Source: Clostridia bacterium (GTDB taxonomy: Bacteria; Bacillota; Clostridia; Oscillospirales; CAG-272). From it: a stretch of 64,000 nucleotides of DNA. Position numbers and translations under genes: made by a program. Below the pieces are notes generated by a model, which was not told where the DNA came from, did no database searches, and saw nothing but the letters and a program-made list of their open reading frames with translations. The DNA is taken from the NCBI GenBank assembly GCA_017467815.1, contig JAFUKI010000077.1, positions 4,797-68,796 of the forward strand, written 5' to 3'. Of this stretch, positions 1 to 9,303 are shown in pieces; the stretch's first letter is position 1, and the number at the start of each line of letters is the position of its first letter.

Positions 1-72
1 GGGGGATACCGTGTAAGAAATACGGCACAGGGACAAAACCGACAGCAGCAGTATTATGATGATTATCGCTGA
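1..72 (+). CDS. 3' end of an unidentified CDS entering from upstream (partial)
   Basis: Frame is open from base 1 to TGA at 70-72 (..QGQNRQQQYYDDYR*). A hairpin plus T-run follows at 97-127. No function can be assigned. Confidence 0.3.
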   Translation, partial: GGYRVRNTAQGQNRQQQYYDDYR

Positions 73-96
73 TCCAGCGGAAACTGTATCCGAAAG

Positions 97-127
97 GGGA
101 GAGCTGCCCGAAGCGCTCTCCCTTTTT
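97..127 (+). terminator. Rho-independent terminator
   Basis: GGGAGAGC (97-104) pairs with GCTCTCCC (115-122), followed by TTTTT (123-127). Confidence 0.7.
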
Positions 128-166
128 ACAGCGTGAGATAGATTTATACAGAGTGCGGGGTATACC

Positions 167-341
167 ATGGAAAACAGAGTAAAAAGATTTGCTGTACTGA
201 ATCTGGGGATACTGCTTATGGCGGCGGGGGAAAGCGATCAGACTGCGGAAAAAGGTATATGAGATCGATCCCCATGCTTTTATGATCATCACAAAGACCA
301 GCGAGATCATGGGCAAGGGATTCAGAGACAATACAAACTGA
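167..341 (+). pseudogene. Internally deleted, frameshifted remnant of a YitT-family (DUF2179) membrane protein
   Basis: ATG at 167 gives MENRVKRFAVLNLGILLMAAG.., a YitT-like N-terminus, stopping at 260-262. A different frame from ~250 reads KKVYEIDPHAFMIITKTSEIMGKGFRDNTN* (stop 339-341), which looks like a DUF2179 C-terminus. About 250 codons of the middle are missing. Confidence 0.5.
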
Positions 342-376
342 AAACGCGTATATATTATATATAAAGGAAAAGAATT

Positions 377-2347
377 ATGATATCCATCAGTGCAAGCGGG
401 CTTTCCTACCATATCGGAACCCGTACGATTTTAGAAGATATAACATTCTCCCTGGAAGAAGGGGACAGACTGGGGATTGTCGGCGTCAACGGAAGCGGCA
501 AGTCCACGCTTCTGAAGCTTCTGGCAGATGAATATACACCGGATGAAGGAACGATCACCATCGGCAAGAACAAGATTGTGGGGATGCTGCATCAGGACGA
601 TGCCTTCCGGATCCTGCGTACCGGAGACGACAGTCCGCTGGACGAGACGGTACTGGGGCAGATGTACGCCATATTCCCGGAATTGTGCCGTGCGGAGGAA
701 AGACTGGCTGTTTTGCAGAAAGCGCTGGAAGAAGCGGCAAGCGGAGGGGATCAGGCGTATCTGGATCAGCTTTCCACGGAATTCACGAATCTGAACAACC
801 GCTTCATCGCAGACGGCGGTCTGTACTACAAATCCCGGTGCCAGAGCATCCTTACCAAACTGGGCTTCGGAGAAGAATACCGGAACCTGCCCGTATCTTC
901 TCTCAGCGGAGGGCAGAGAACCCGACTGGCACTGGCGCGTCTGCTGTCAAGAGAGCCGGACATTCTGCTGCTGGACGAGCCCACCAACCATCTGGACACG
1001 GAAACCATGCTGTGGCTGGAAGACCATCTGGCGAATTACAGGAAAACCGTGCTGGTCATCAGCCATGACCGACTGTTTTTGGACCGCGTGACCAACAAAA
1101 CCTTTGAAATCGAGCATACCCGGGGACGGCTGTACAAGTGCAGTTATACGGGATTTGTGGAAGAGAAGGAAAAGTGGAGACGGGAGCAGGAAAAACGCTA
1201 TCAGAACCAGCAGAAGGAGATCGCCCGTCTGGAAGCCTATATTGCCCAGCAGCGGGCATGGAACAGCGAACGGAACATCATCGCCGCGGAAAGCCGTGAG
1301 AAAGCGATTGCCCGTATGGAGAAGGTGGAAAAGCCGAAGAATCTGCCGAAATCCATCCGATTCTCCCTGCAAAGTTCCGGCGAAAGCGGAAACGACGTAC
1401 TGGAAGTCAAGAACCTGACCATGGGATTCGGGCAGAATATGCTGTTCAGGAATCTGTCCTTCCTTGTGAAAAAGCACGACCGTCTGTTTATCAGCGGTCC
1501 CAACGGATGCGGAAAATCCACATTGATCAAGCTGCTCCTCGGTCAGCTGGAAGCCATGGCAGGGGAGATCGAATTCGGCTATAATGTAACGATCGGTTAT
1601 TACGATCAGGAGAACCAGAACCTGTCGGAAGACAACACGGTACTGGACGAGCTGTGGGACGCCTATCCCAACCTGACCCAGACGGAGATCCGGAATACCC
1701 TGGCGCTGTTCCGTTTCCAGGGGGAAGATATTGAGAAGGAAGTGCGGGTACTGTCCGGCGGCGAGAGGGCGCGGCTGACGCTGGCGAAGCTGATTCTGTC
1801 CAAGATGAATCTGCTGATACTGGACGAGCCCACCAACCACCTGGACATCGGCTCCAGAGAAGCGCTGGAAAACGCCCTGGCATCCTTCGACGGCACGATC
1901 ATCGCCGTATCCCACGACCGGTATTTCACCCGCAAGCTGGCGAACCGGTTCATCGATCTGGCGGCATCCCCCGGCAGACCGGCAGACTTCCACGGCACCT
2001 ATGACGAATACGTACAGCTCGGCGGACAGCCCGGCGAAGAAAGCACCGCGGCAAAGGAAGCGAAAGAGGAAGAAAAACTCTCCCAAAAAGACGCCTACCT
2101 CCAGCGTAAGCAGGAAACCGCCCGCATCCGCCAGATGGAACGCCGCAGAGCCGCCGTAGATAAGGAGATCGAAAAACTGGAAGCCGAACTCATCGACATC
2201 GAAGACGCCCTCTACGGCGAAGCCGCCACCGACTACCACAAAGCCGCCGAACTCTCCGACCGCAAAATCACCGTCGAAGACCGCCTCATGCAGCTCTACG
2301 AAGAACAAGAAGAACTGGACAGCGCGTTAGCAGCTGTGGGGGAATGA
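377..2347 (+). CDS. ABC-F family ATPase (tandem ABC domains, coiled-coil C-terminal extension)
   Basis: 656 aa with two Walker A motifs (GVNGSGKST, GPNGCGKST), two LSGGQ/LSGGE signatures, no TM segments, and a charged linker and tail. Confidence 0.9.
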   Translation: MISISASGLSYHIGTRTILEDITFSLEEGDRLGIVGVNGSGKSTLLKLLADEYTPDEGTITIGKNKIVGMLHQDDAFRILRTGDDSPLDETVLGQMYAIFPELCRAEERLAVLQKALEEAASGGDQAYLDQLSTEFTNLNNRFIADGGLYYKSRCQSILTKLGFGEEYRNLPVSSLSGGQRTRLALARLLSREPDILLLDEPTNHLDTETMLWLEDHLANYRKTVLVISHDRLFLDRVTNKTFEIEHTRGRLYKCSYTGFVEEKEKWRREQEKRYQNQQKEIARLEAYIAQQRAWNSERNIIAAESREKAIARMEKVEKPKNLPKSIRFSLQSSGESGNDVLEVKNLTMGFGQNMLFRNLSFLVKKHDRLFISGPNGCGKSTLIKLLLGQLEAMAGEIEFGYNVTIGYYDQENQNLSEDNTVLDELWDAYPNLTQTEIRNTLALFRFQGEDIEKEVRVLSGGERARLTLAKLILSKMNLLILDEPTNHLDIGSREALENALASFDGTIIAVSHDRYFTRKLANRFIDLAASPGRPADFHGTYDEYVQLGGQPGEESTAAKEAKEEEKLSQKDAYLQRKQETARIRQMERRRAAVDKEIEKLEAELIDIEDALYGEAATDYHKAAELSDRKITVEDRLMQLYEEQEELDSALAAVGE

Positions 2348-2356
2348 TGAGTGTTC

Positions 2357-2440
2357 TTGGGGAAGGGAGGAAAACTTTTTGCGAAAAAGCTTTCCTCCCT
2401 TCCCCAAACCCCTTCCCACCTTTCAAAAAACTTTGAAAAA
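2357..2440 (+). repeat. Dispersed hairpin repeat, copy 1
   Basis: TTGGGGAAGGGAGGAAA-ACTTTTTGCGAAAAAG-CTTTCCTCCCTTCCCCAA hairpin, then a C-rich linker and TTTCAAAAAACTTTGAAAAA. It starts 10 nt after the ABC-F stop. Confidence 0.9.
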
Positions 2441-2505
2441 TGGGACTGGATTCAGTTTGGTATTATTTATTGACCCAACAATAGTATCTGAACTTCCCTA
2501 CGATA

Positions 2506-2601
2506 CAAGCCCAAACTGTGTAGCCTTCCCCAGCGAGGCAGGTATGCCTCAGGGGAAGGTGGCAGCCTTAAGGCTGACGGATGAGGTGTAACGAACGATT
2601 T
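2506..2601 (+). ncRNA. Conserved ~95-nt structured element, copy 1 (unknown class)
   Basis: Near-identical to 36846-36940. It has nested stems CCTTCCCC/GGGGAAGG around GAGGCA-GGTA-TGCCTC, then CAGCC-TTAA-GGCTG. One stem pair covaries between the two copies. Confidence 0.45.
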
Positions 2602-2653
2602 AATATATTCTGACTGGGCAACTGACCATATCCCCAAAAAAGGAGCAGCAAAC

Positions 2654-3364
2654 ATGAAACGCAAAGCCTTAAAAGCCGCATTTCCCCATACAATACCCAT
2701 ATTTGCCGGATTCTGGTTCCTTGGAATGGCATACGGCATCTACATGAACGTATCCGGCTTTTCCTTCTGGTACCCGCTTGCGATGAGTATCGTAATATTC
2801 GGCGGTTCACTGGAATTTGTAACCGTGTCCATGCTTCTCTCGCCTTTCGCGCCGGTACAGACCTTGCTGGCAGCACTGATGATACAGGCAAGGCACATCT
2901 TTTACGGAATTGCCATGCTGGAAAAATACAAAGGACTCGGCTGGAAACGGTTTTATCTGATTTTCGGAATGTGTGACGAATCCTTTTCCATCAACTGCTC
3001 CGCGGAAATTCCGGAAGGTGTGGACAGAGGATGGTTCTACTTCTTCGTCACCCTGCTGAATCAGCTGTACTGGGTTACCGGTTCCACCATGGGCGGATTT
3101 CTCGGCTCGGTACTGGACTTCAATACGGAAGGACTGGAATTTGTCATGACCGCCATGTTCGTGGTTATCTTCCTGGAACAGCTGCTGAAAGAGAAAAACC
3201 ACAGCACCGCCGTGATCGGTCTTGCCGCATCCGTGGTCTGCCTGGTGATCTTCGGTGCGGATTCCTTCCTGCTGCCCACCATGGCATGCACCCTGCTTCT
3301 GCTGACCGCCTTCCGCAAACCGCTGGAAAAAGCCGGCTTTAAAGGAGAGGAGGATGCCGTATGA
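2654..3364 (+). CDS. azlC: AzlC-family branched-chain amino-acid exporter subunit
   Basis: 236-aa polytopic membrane protein with an AzlC-like sequence. A small AzlD-like partner follows directly. Confidence 0.8.
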   Translation: MKRKALKAAFPHTIPIFAGFWFLGMAYGIYMNVSGFSFWYPLAMSIVIFGGSLEFVTVSMLLSPFAPVQTLLAALMIQARHIFYGIAMLEKYKGLGWKRFYLIFGMCDESFSINCSAEIPEGVDRGWFYFFVTLLNQLYWVTGSTMGGFLGSVLDFNTEGLEFVMTAMFVVIFLEQLLKEKNHSTAVIGLAASVVCLVIFGADSFLLPTMACTLLLLTAFRKPLEKAGFKGEEDAV

Positions 3365-3393
3365 CCCTGACCGAGTAGATTCTGACCATCGCC

Positions 3394-3687
3394 ATGTGCG
3401 TGCTGGGGACGATGGCGACCCGTTTTCTTCCCTTCCTGATATTCGGTGAGAATCGTCCGACACCCCGATACATATCCTTCCTCGGCAAAGCCCTGCCGGC
3501 AGCCGTATTTGCCATGCTGGTGGTCTACTGCCTGAAAGATGTATCCGTCCTGACCGGCAGCCGCGGCATTCCCGAAGCCATCGCCATCGCCGCAACCGTA
3601 CTGATCCACCTGTGGCGGCGGCAGATGCTCCTTTCCGTGGCAGGGGGAACCGTCGTGTATATGCTGCTTGTACAGCTGATTTTCTGA
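3394..3687 (+). CDS. azlD: AzlD-family small membrane protein
   Basis: 97-aa hydrophobic protein. An in-frame ATG at 3361 overlaps the azlC stop (ATGA) but is followed by TAG at 3376-3378 (see findings). Confidence 0.7.
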   Translation: MCVLGTMATRFLPFLIFGENRPTPRYISFLGKALPAAVFAMLVVYCLKDVSVLTGSRGIPEAIAIAATVLIHLWRRQMLLSVAGGTVVYMLLVQLIF

Positions 3688-3842
3688 GATTTTGACCAAA
3701 GATCCCGCAAATATGGCAGATCATCCCGGATTTTCTTGCCGCAAACCTCGTAAAATCCATAATATTTGTCATAATTACCAAAAACAAAGCGAAAAGTTCG
3801 TGTAATTTCTCATAAATAAAAGAAAAAAACGAGCCAAAGACC

Positions 3843-3871
3843 TTGATTTCTTTTCGGAAATATGGTAAAAT
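3843..3871 (+). promoter_or_regulatory. Sigma-A type promoter of the S10 operon
   Basis: TTGATT (3843-3848), 17 nt spacer, TAAAAT (3866-3871) with a TGg extended -10. Confidence 0.7.
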
Positions 3872-4180
3872 AGTATCACTTGATGTGCGATGAGGTGGGA
3901 GGTTGCCACGGGTTCCATACTGTCAGGACCGCGTGGGGAATTTCCACTGAGTATGTCCGAGTAAATCGGGCGGAATGAATACGACGGTGACCGTGACGAA
4001 GATCGTCCTGCAAAGGGGGATCTTTGCGTTCCGAGTACCGGAGTTTAGGCTTGGGAGGGCAACAGTCTTCCCTAAGGCGAGCCGAAATTCCGGATTCATT
4101 CAGGAGACCCACGACACACCCGGAAGCGTGTTCATCGCCTCAACTTCCATTTTTTATAAATGCTCAAGGAGGCATAACCA
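3872..4180 (+). promoter_or_regulatory. ~310-nt untranslated leader of the S10 operon
   Basis: No credible ORF. The 75-78 aa track ORFs here lack an SD and overlap on both strands. The region is GC-rich and hairpin-dense, and GGAAG..CTTCC plus ATTTTTTAT sits at ~4119-4150 just before the rpsJ SD. Confidence 0.5.
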
Positions 4181-4492
4181 ATGGCAGCAAGCGAAAAAAT
4201 CAGAGTAAGACTCAAGAGCTACGAACACTCTCTTATCGACCAGGCGGCTGAAAAGATCGTTGACATCGCTAAGAGAAACGGCGCAGAAGTTTCCGGTCCC
4301 GTACCGCTGCCCACCGAGAAGGAAATCATCACCATTCTCCGTGCGGTACACAAGTACAAGGACAGCCGTGAACAGTTTGAACAGAGAACCCACAAGAGAC
4401 TGATCGAGATCCGCAAGCCTTCCCAGAAGGTTGTAGAAGCTCTGATGTCCGTGGAACTCCCCGCCGGCGTAGACATCGACCTGAAGCTGTAA
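4181..4492 (+). CDS. rpsJ: 30S ribosomal protein S10
   Basis: 103 aa with the canonical uS10 sequence ([17 protein letters not shown]..) and an AAGGAGG SD. Confidence 0.98.
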   Translation: MAASEKIRVRLKSYEHSLIDQAAEKIVDIAKRNGAEVSGPVPLPTEKEIITILRAVHKYKDSREQFEQRTHKRLIEIRKPSQKVVEALMSVELPAGVDIDLKL

Positions 4493-4722
4493 TTACAGAA
4501 AAAGGTCACGCAAATTTCAATCATACCCCTTAACAGGGAGATGAAAATGCACTGATGACGCGAAATCGCGGGCAGGTGCAAAACTCTCCAATGCGTAACA
4601 GAGCGTAAAGGCGAGAACGGTGCTTCCGACCGCTTGAGCCGGCAGTTGCACGCTTGATGTGCGGAGAGGTCATGTTGATGCGGAAGTGTCAACCAATAAC
4701 CTTATTTCAAGGAGGAAAAACG

Positions 4723-5355
4723 ATGAAAAAAGGAATCATCGGAAAGAAGCTGGGTATGACCCAGATCTTCACAGAAAACGGTCAGGTGATCCCGGTTACC
4801 GTAATCGAAGCCGGCCCCTGCAGCATCACCCAGAAGAAGACCGTTGAAACAGACGGCTACAATGCCGTACAGCTCGCTTTCGAAGACATCCGTGAAAAGC
4901 TGGTGAATAAGCCCGCTGCCGGACACTTCAAGAAGGCAGGCGTAAGCTTCAAGAGACATCTGAAGGAATTCCGTCTGGACGACATCGAAAACCTGAATCC
5001 CGGTGACGTGATAGCCGCCGATACCTTCGCCGCTGGCGACAAGGTCGACATTACCGGTATCACAAAGGGTCACGGTTACTCCGGCGTTGTAAAGAGATGG
5101 AATTTCGCGATCAAGAGAATGACACACGGTGGTGGACCTGTTCACCGTCATGGCGGTTCTCTGGGTCAGAACTCTACCCCGTCCAGAATCTACAAGAACA
5201 AGAAAATGGCAGGTCAGTACGGTAACGAACAGGTAACCGTTCTGAATCTCGAAGTTGTCAAGGTTGATACCGAAAAGAACCTGATCGCAGTTAAGGGTGC
5301 AGTACCCGGCGCTAAGGGCTCCATCGTGTTCCTCCGTGACAGCGTGAAAGCATAA
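4723..5355 (+). CDS. rplC: 50S ribosomal protein L3
   Basis: ATG at 4723 is preceded by GGAGGA (4711-4716). [16 protein letters not shown] is the canonical N-terminus. The track start at 4654 lies in the spacer. Confidence 0.97.
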   Translation: MKKGIIGKKLGMTQIFTENGQVIPVTVIEAGPCSITQKKTVETDGYNAVQLAFEDIREKLVNKPAAGHFKKAGVSFKRHLKEFRLDDIENLNPGDVIAADTFAAGDKVDITGITKGHGYSGVVKRWNFAIKRMTHGGGPVHRHGGSLGQNSTPSRIYKNKKMAGQYGNEQVTVLNLEVVKVDTEKNLIAVKGAVPGAKGSIVFLRDSVKA

Positions 5356-5375
5356 GTCGGAAGGAGGATATAGAA

Positions 5376-5999
5376 ATGGCCGAAATGAAAGTAGTAAACA
5401 TGGCAGGTGCTGAAGTTGGTACCATTACACTGGCTGACAGCGTTTTCGCATGTGAAATCAACGGTGCTGTCCTCCATGCGGCAGTAAAGTCCTACCTGGG
5501 CAACCAGAGACAGGGCACACAGTCCACCCTGACCCGTACCGAAGTATCCGGCGGCGGTAAGAAGCCCTGGAGACAGAAGGGTACAGGCCGTGCAAGACAG
5601 GGTTCCACCAGAGCGCCCCAGTGGACACACGGCGGCGTAGCACTCGGTCCCAAGCCCCGTCTGTACAAGACCAAGGTGAACAAGAAGGTTCGCCGCATCG
5701 CTATGACCAGCGCCCTTTCTTCTAAGGTTGCTGCAAGCGAAATGATCGTTGTAGACAGCATCGCTGCTACCGAATACAAGACCAAGACCATGGTCAAGAT
5801 GCTCTCCGATATCGGAGCAGGCAAGAAGGTTCTCGTTGTTCTTCCCGCAGTAGATGCAATGGTTCAGGGCAGCCTGAACAACATCGAAGGCGTAAAGGTT
5901 GTTACCGCGGGTACCCTCTGCGTATACGACATCCTGAACTGCAATTCCTTCGTAATTGCAAAGGATGCTGTACAGAAACTTGAGGAGGTGTACGCATAA
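5376..5999 (+). CDS. rplD: 50S ribosomal protein L4
   Basis: 207 aa with uL4 motifs (GGGKKPWRQKGTGRARQGS). Confidence 0.97.
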   Translation: MAEMKVVNMAGAEVGTITLADSVFACEINGAVLHAAVKSYLGNQRQGTQSTLTRTEVSGGGKKPWRQKGTGRARQGSTRAPQWTHGGVALGPKPRLYKTKVNKKVRRIAMTSALSSKVAASEMIVVDSIAATEYKTKTMVKMLSDIGAGKKVLVVLPAVDAMVQGSLNNIEGVKVVTAGTLCVYDILNCNSFVIAKDAVQKLEEVYA

Positions 6000-6295
6000 T
6001 GAAATTCGTACAGGATATCATCATCAGACCCCTCATTACCGAACGTTCCATGGACGGCATCGCTGAAAAGAAGTACACCTTCGAAGTTGCCAAGTCCGCT
6101 ACCAAGCCGGAAATCGCCGCTGCTGTGGAAGCAATGTTCAAGGGCACCAAGGTAAAGAGCGTAAATACCATCAACATGAAGTCCAAGCCGAAGAGAGTTC
6201 GTATGGTTCCCGGTAAGACCGCTTCCTGGAAGAAAGCGATCGTAACCCTCGCAGAGGATTCCGCTACCATCGAGTTCTTTGAAGGTATGAACTAA
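5999..6295 (+). CDS. rplW: 50S ribosomal protein L23
   Basis: 98 aa. Its ATG overlaps the rplD stop (TAATG). Confidence 0.96.
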   Translation: MKFVQDIIIRPLITERSMDGIAEKKYTFEVAKSATKPEIAAAVEAMFKGTKVKSVNTINMKSKPKRVRMVPGKTASWKKAIVTLAEDSATIEFFEGMN

Positions 6296-6315
6296 TCAGA
6301 AGGAGGAAGTAAGAA

Positions 6316-7146
6316 ATGCCTACAATCAAGTATAAGCCGACTACACCGGCGAGAAGACATATGTCTGTTCCTTCCTTCGAGGAAATCACCAAGTTTACCC
6401 CCGAAAAGACCCTTCTCGCTAAGAAGAAGAAGAACTCCGGTCGTAACAGCTACGGTCGCATCACTGTTCGCCATAAGGGCGGCGGAAACCGTCAGAAGTA
6501 CCGTCTGATCGACTTCAAGCGTCAGAACGAACTGGCTCAGACCGTAATCGGCGTTGAATACGACCCCAACCGTACCGCTTATATCGCTCTGCTGCAGGAT
6601 ACCGAAGGCAAGAAGAGCTATATCGTAGCTCCCGTTGGCGTTACCGATGGTCAGGTTCTGCACTCCGGTGCCGATTCCGACATCGTTCCCGGTAACACCC
6701 TGCCTCTGAAGAACATTCCCGACGGTACCTTCATCCACAACATCGAGCTCTCTCCCGGAAAGGGCGGCCAGATGGTTCGTTCCGCCGGTACGCAGGCTCA
6801 GCTGATGGGTAAGGAAAACGGCATGGTAATGGTTCGTCTCCCCTCCGGCGAAATGCGTTACGTTCGCGAAGACTGCAAGGCGACTATCGGTCAGGTAGGT
6901 AACATCGAACATGATACCGTTAAGATCGGTAAGGCTGGTAAGAAGCGTCACATGGGCATCCGTCCCACAGTTCGCGGTTCCGTAATGAACCCCTGCGATC
7001 ACCCCCATGGTGGTGGTGAAGGTCGTTCTCCCATCGGTCGTCCCGGCCCGGTTACTCCCTGGGGTAAGCCTGCTCTGGGTTATAAGACCAGAAACAAGAA
7101 GGCCCGCACCGATAAGATGATCGTGAAGCGCAGAAACAGCAAATAA
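6316..7146 (+). CDS. rplB: 50S ribosomal protein L2
   Basis: 276 aa with uL2 motifs ([27 protein letters not shown]). Confidence 0.98.
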   Translation: MPTIKYKPTTPARRHMSVPSFEEITKFTPEKTLLAKKKKNSGRNSYGRITVRHKGGGNRQKYRLIDFKRQNELAQTVIGVEYDPNRTAYIALLQDTEGKKSYIVAPVGVTDGQVLHSGADSDIVPGNTLPLKNIPDGTFIHNIELSPGKGGQMVRSAGTQAQLMGKENGMVMVRLPSGEMRYVREDCKATIGQVGNIEHDTVKIGKAGKKRHMGIRPTVRGSVMNPCDHPHGGGEGRSPIGRPGPVTPWGKPALGYKTRNKKARTDKMIVKRRNSK

Positions 7147-7165
7147 GGAAGGAGGCAACACATAA

Positions 7166-7447
7166 ATGAGCAGAAGTTTGAAAAAAGCACCGTTTATCGA
7201 AGAAAAGCTCTATGAAAGAGTTTGCCAGATGAACGAAAAAGGCGAAAAGAAGGTGCTGAAGACCTGGTCCAGAGCCTCCACCATCTTCCCGGAATTCGTT
7301 GGTCACACCATTGCTGTTCACGACGGCAAGAAGCACGTTCCGGTTTATGTTACTGAGGATATGGTAGGCCATAAGTTCGGTGAGTTCGCTCCCACCAGAA
7401 CCTTCAAAGGTCATGCCGGTTCCAAGACTTCCAACAACGGTAAATAA
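7166..7447 (+). CDS. rpsS: 30S ribosomal protein S19
   Basis: 93 aa ([11 protein letters not shown].., [23 protein letters not shown]). Confidence 0.98.
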   Translation: MSRSLKKAPFIEEKLYERVCQMNEKGEKKVLKTWSRASTIFPEFVGHTIAVHDGKKHVPVYVTEDMVGHKFGEFAPTRTFKGHAGSKTSNNGK

Positions 7448-7473
7448 TGCGAAAGGGAGGACAAGAAGTTATA

Positions 7474-7809
7474 ATGGAATCCAAATCTACCCAGAAACAC
7501 ATCCGCATCTCCCCTCGCAAGGTTAAGATCGTTCTCGATCTGATCCGTGGGAAGGATTATGCGACCGCATGTGGTATTCTGAAGAATACCCCCAAGTCCG
7601 CCAGCCCCTATGTTCTCAAGCTCCTCAACAAGGTTGCAGCAGATGCTGAGAACAACTTCAATATGGATCCCGAAAAGCTCTACGTGTCTGAGTGCTTCGT
7701 ATGCCCCGGCATGACTCTGAAGCGCATCATGCCCCGTGGTAAGGGTTCCGCTGACCGGATTTTGAAGAGAACCAGCCATATCACTGTGGCAGTGAAGGAA
7801 AAAGAGTAA
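7474..7809 (+). CDS. rplV: 50S ribosomal protein L22
   Basis: ATG at 7474 follows a GGGAGG SD. The track start at 7447 overlaps the rpsS stop and precedes the SD. Confidence 0.95.
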   Translation: MESKSTQKHIRISPRKVKIVLDLIRGKDYATACGILKNTPKSASPYVLKLLNKVAADAENNFNMDPEKLYVSECFVCPGMTLKRIMPRGKGSADRILKRTSHITVAVKEKE

Positions 7810-7824
7810 GGAGGCAGTCGAAAT

Positions 7825-8667
7825 ATGGGACAGAAAGTGAATCCGCACGGCCTTCGTGTCGGCGTCATCAAAAACTGGGACTCCAGATGGTATGCCTCCG
7901 ATGAAAAATTCGGCGATACCCTGGTCCAGGACTACAAAGTAAGAGAATTCCTGAAGGAAAAGCTGTTCCTTGCAGGCGTTCCGAAGATTGAAATCGAAAG
8001 AACCAACACCGGCAGAGTAAGAGTGTTCATCCACTGTGCTAAGCCCGGTATGGTTATCGGCCGCGGCGGCAGCGAGATCGATACCCTCAAGCGGGACATC
8101 GAAAAGATCGTTAAGGTTCCCGTGGACGTAAACGTTATCGAAGAAAAGCCCATCGATATGAACGCACAGCTGGTTGCTGAATCCATCGCGTCCTCTCTGG
8201 AACGCCGTGTTTCCTTCCGCCGTGCCATGAAGCAGGCTATCCAGCGCACCATGCGTCTGGGTGCCAAGGGTATCAAGGTTTGCCTGTCCGGTCGTCTTGC
8301 CGGTGCTGAAATCGCAAGAACCGAACACTACCATGAAGGTACCATTCCGCTGCAGACCATCCGTGCTGACATCGACTACGGTTTCTGGGAAGCAAACACC
8401 ACCTACGGTAAGATCGGCGTAAAGGTATGGATCTACAAGGGCGAAGTTCTGTCCGAAGTAGTTCGCACCGGCGCTAACGCGGAAGATAAGAAGCCCCAGA
8501 GACGTGACCGCAGAGATGGCCAGAGACGTGACCGCAGAGACGGTGACCGCCGTGGCTTCCAGAAGAGAGACGGTCAGCAGAACAGAGCTCCCCGCGGTGA
8601 CAACAGACCCCCCAGAGCTCCCCGTGCTGCAGCTCCCGCAAAAGAACAGGAAGGAGGCGCTAACTGA
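7825..8667 (+). CDS. rpsC: 30S ribosomal protein S3 with an Arg/Asp-rich C-terminal extension
   Basis: 280 aa. A canonical uS3 core ([13 protein letters not shown]..) is followed by a ~60-aa low-complexity tail. Confidence 0.97.
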   Translation: MGQKVNPHGLRVGVIKNWDSRWYASDEKFGDTLVQDYKVREFLKEKLFLAGVPKIEIERTNTGRVRVFIHCAKPGMVIGRGGSEIDTLKRDIEKIVKVPVDVNVIEEKPIDMNAQLVAESIASSLERRVSFRRAMKQAIQRTMRLGAKGIKVCLSGRLAGAEIARTEHYHEGTIPLQTIRADIDYGFWEANTTYGKIGVKVWIYKGEVLSEVVRTGANAEDKKPQRRDRRDGQRRDRRDGDRRGFQKRDGQQNRAPRGDNRPPRAPRAAAPAKEQEGGAN

Positions 8668-9098
8668 TGCTGAGACCTAAGAGAGAAAAATACAGACGTA
8701 TTCAGAGAGGCCGCCTCACCGGTAAGGCACTCCGCGGTAACAAGATCACCAACGGCGAATTCGGTCTCGTAGCTACCGAACCCGCATGGATCACCGCAAA
8801 CCAGATCGAAGCAGCCCGTATTGCTATGACCCGTTACGTAAAGCGTGGCGGTCAGGTCTGGATCAAGATTTTCCCGGACAAGCCCATCACCGAAAAGCCT
8901 GCTGAAACCCGAATGGGTTCCGGTAAGGGTTCTCCCGAATATTGGGTAGCCGTAGTTAAGCCGGGCAGAGTAATGTTTGAAATGGCCGGTATTCCGGAAG
9001 AAGCTGCAAGAGAAGCTATGCGTCTCGCTATGCATAAGCTCCCCATCAAGTGCCGCTTCGCTACCAAGGAACAACTGGAAAATGAAGTGGAGGGATAA
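8667..9098 (+). CDS. rplP: 50S ribosomal protein L16
   Basis: 143 aa ([16 protein letters not shown]..). Confidence 0.98.
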   Translation: MLRPKREKYRRIQRGRLTGKALRGNKITNGEFGLVATEPAWITANQIEAARIAMTRYVKRGGQVWIKIFPDKPITEKPAETRMGSGKGSPEYWVAVVKPGRVMFEMAGIPEEAAREAMRLAMHKLPIKCRFATKEQLENEVEG

Positions 9099-9101
9099 GC
9101 T

Positions 9102-9290
9102 GTGAAGGCAACAGAACTCAGAAACAAATCCGGCGAAGAGCTCGAATCTATGCTCGAGTCTCTTAAGTCCGAGCTCTTTAATCTCCGTTTTCAGCTCGCT
9201 ATCAACCAGCTTGAAAACCCCCACAAGATTAAGGAAACCAAAAAGGAAATCGCTCGTGTGATGACCGTCATCGCAGAGAAGAAGGCATAA
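9102..9290 (+). CDS. rpmC: 50S ribosomal protein L29
   Basis: 62 aa with a GTG start. The sequence is typical of uL29. Confidence 0.95.
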   Translation: MKATELRNKSGEELESMLESLKSELFNLRFQLAINQLENPHKIKETKKEIARVMTVIAEKKA

Positions 9291-9303
9291 GGGGGATATA
9301 AAA

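Noticed and set aside
2506-2601. The two-copy structured element as SRP RNA, a tRNA fragment or a small conserved protein (TPHPSALRLPPSPEA)
   Set aside because: Its superficial resemblance to SRP domain IV (..AGG..GCAGCC..AAGG..) does not extend to the conserved GNAR-tetraloop helix, and two SRP genes 34 kb apart is implausible. It has no cloverleaf. A 1-nt indel breaks the + strand frames. The minus-strand peptide identity simply mirrors nucleotide identity, and there is no SD or start codon.
3376-3378. TAG in azlD as pyrrolysine or stop-codon reassignment
   Set aside because: TAG terminates the aroE/aroK fusion gene at 27227-27229, exactly where the protein should end. No pyl genes are seen in the window.
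3876-4251. Overlapping 75-78 aa ORFs upstream of rpsJ
   Set aside because: They overlap one another on both strands and lack an SD. They lie in the transcribed leader downstream of the S10 promoter, so the region is better explained as structured RNA.
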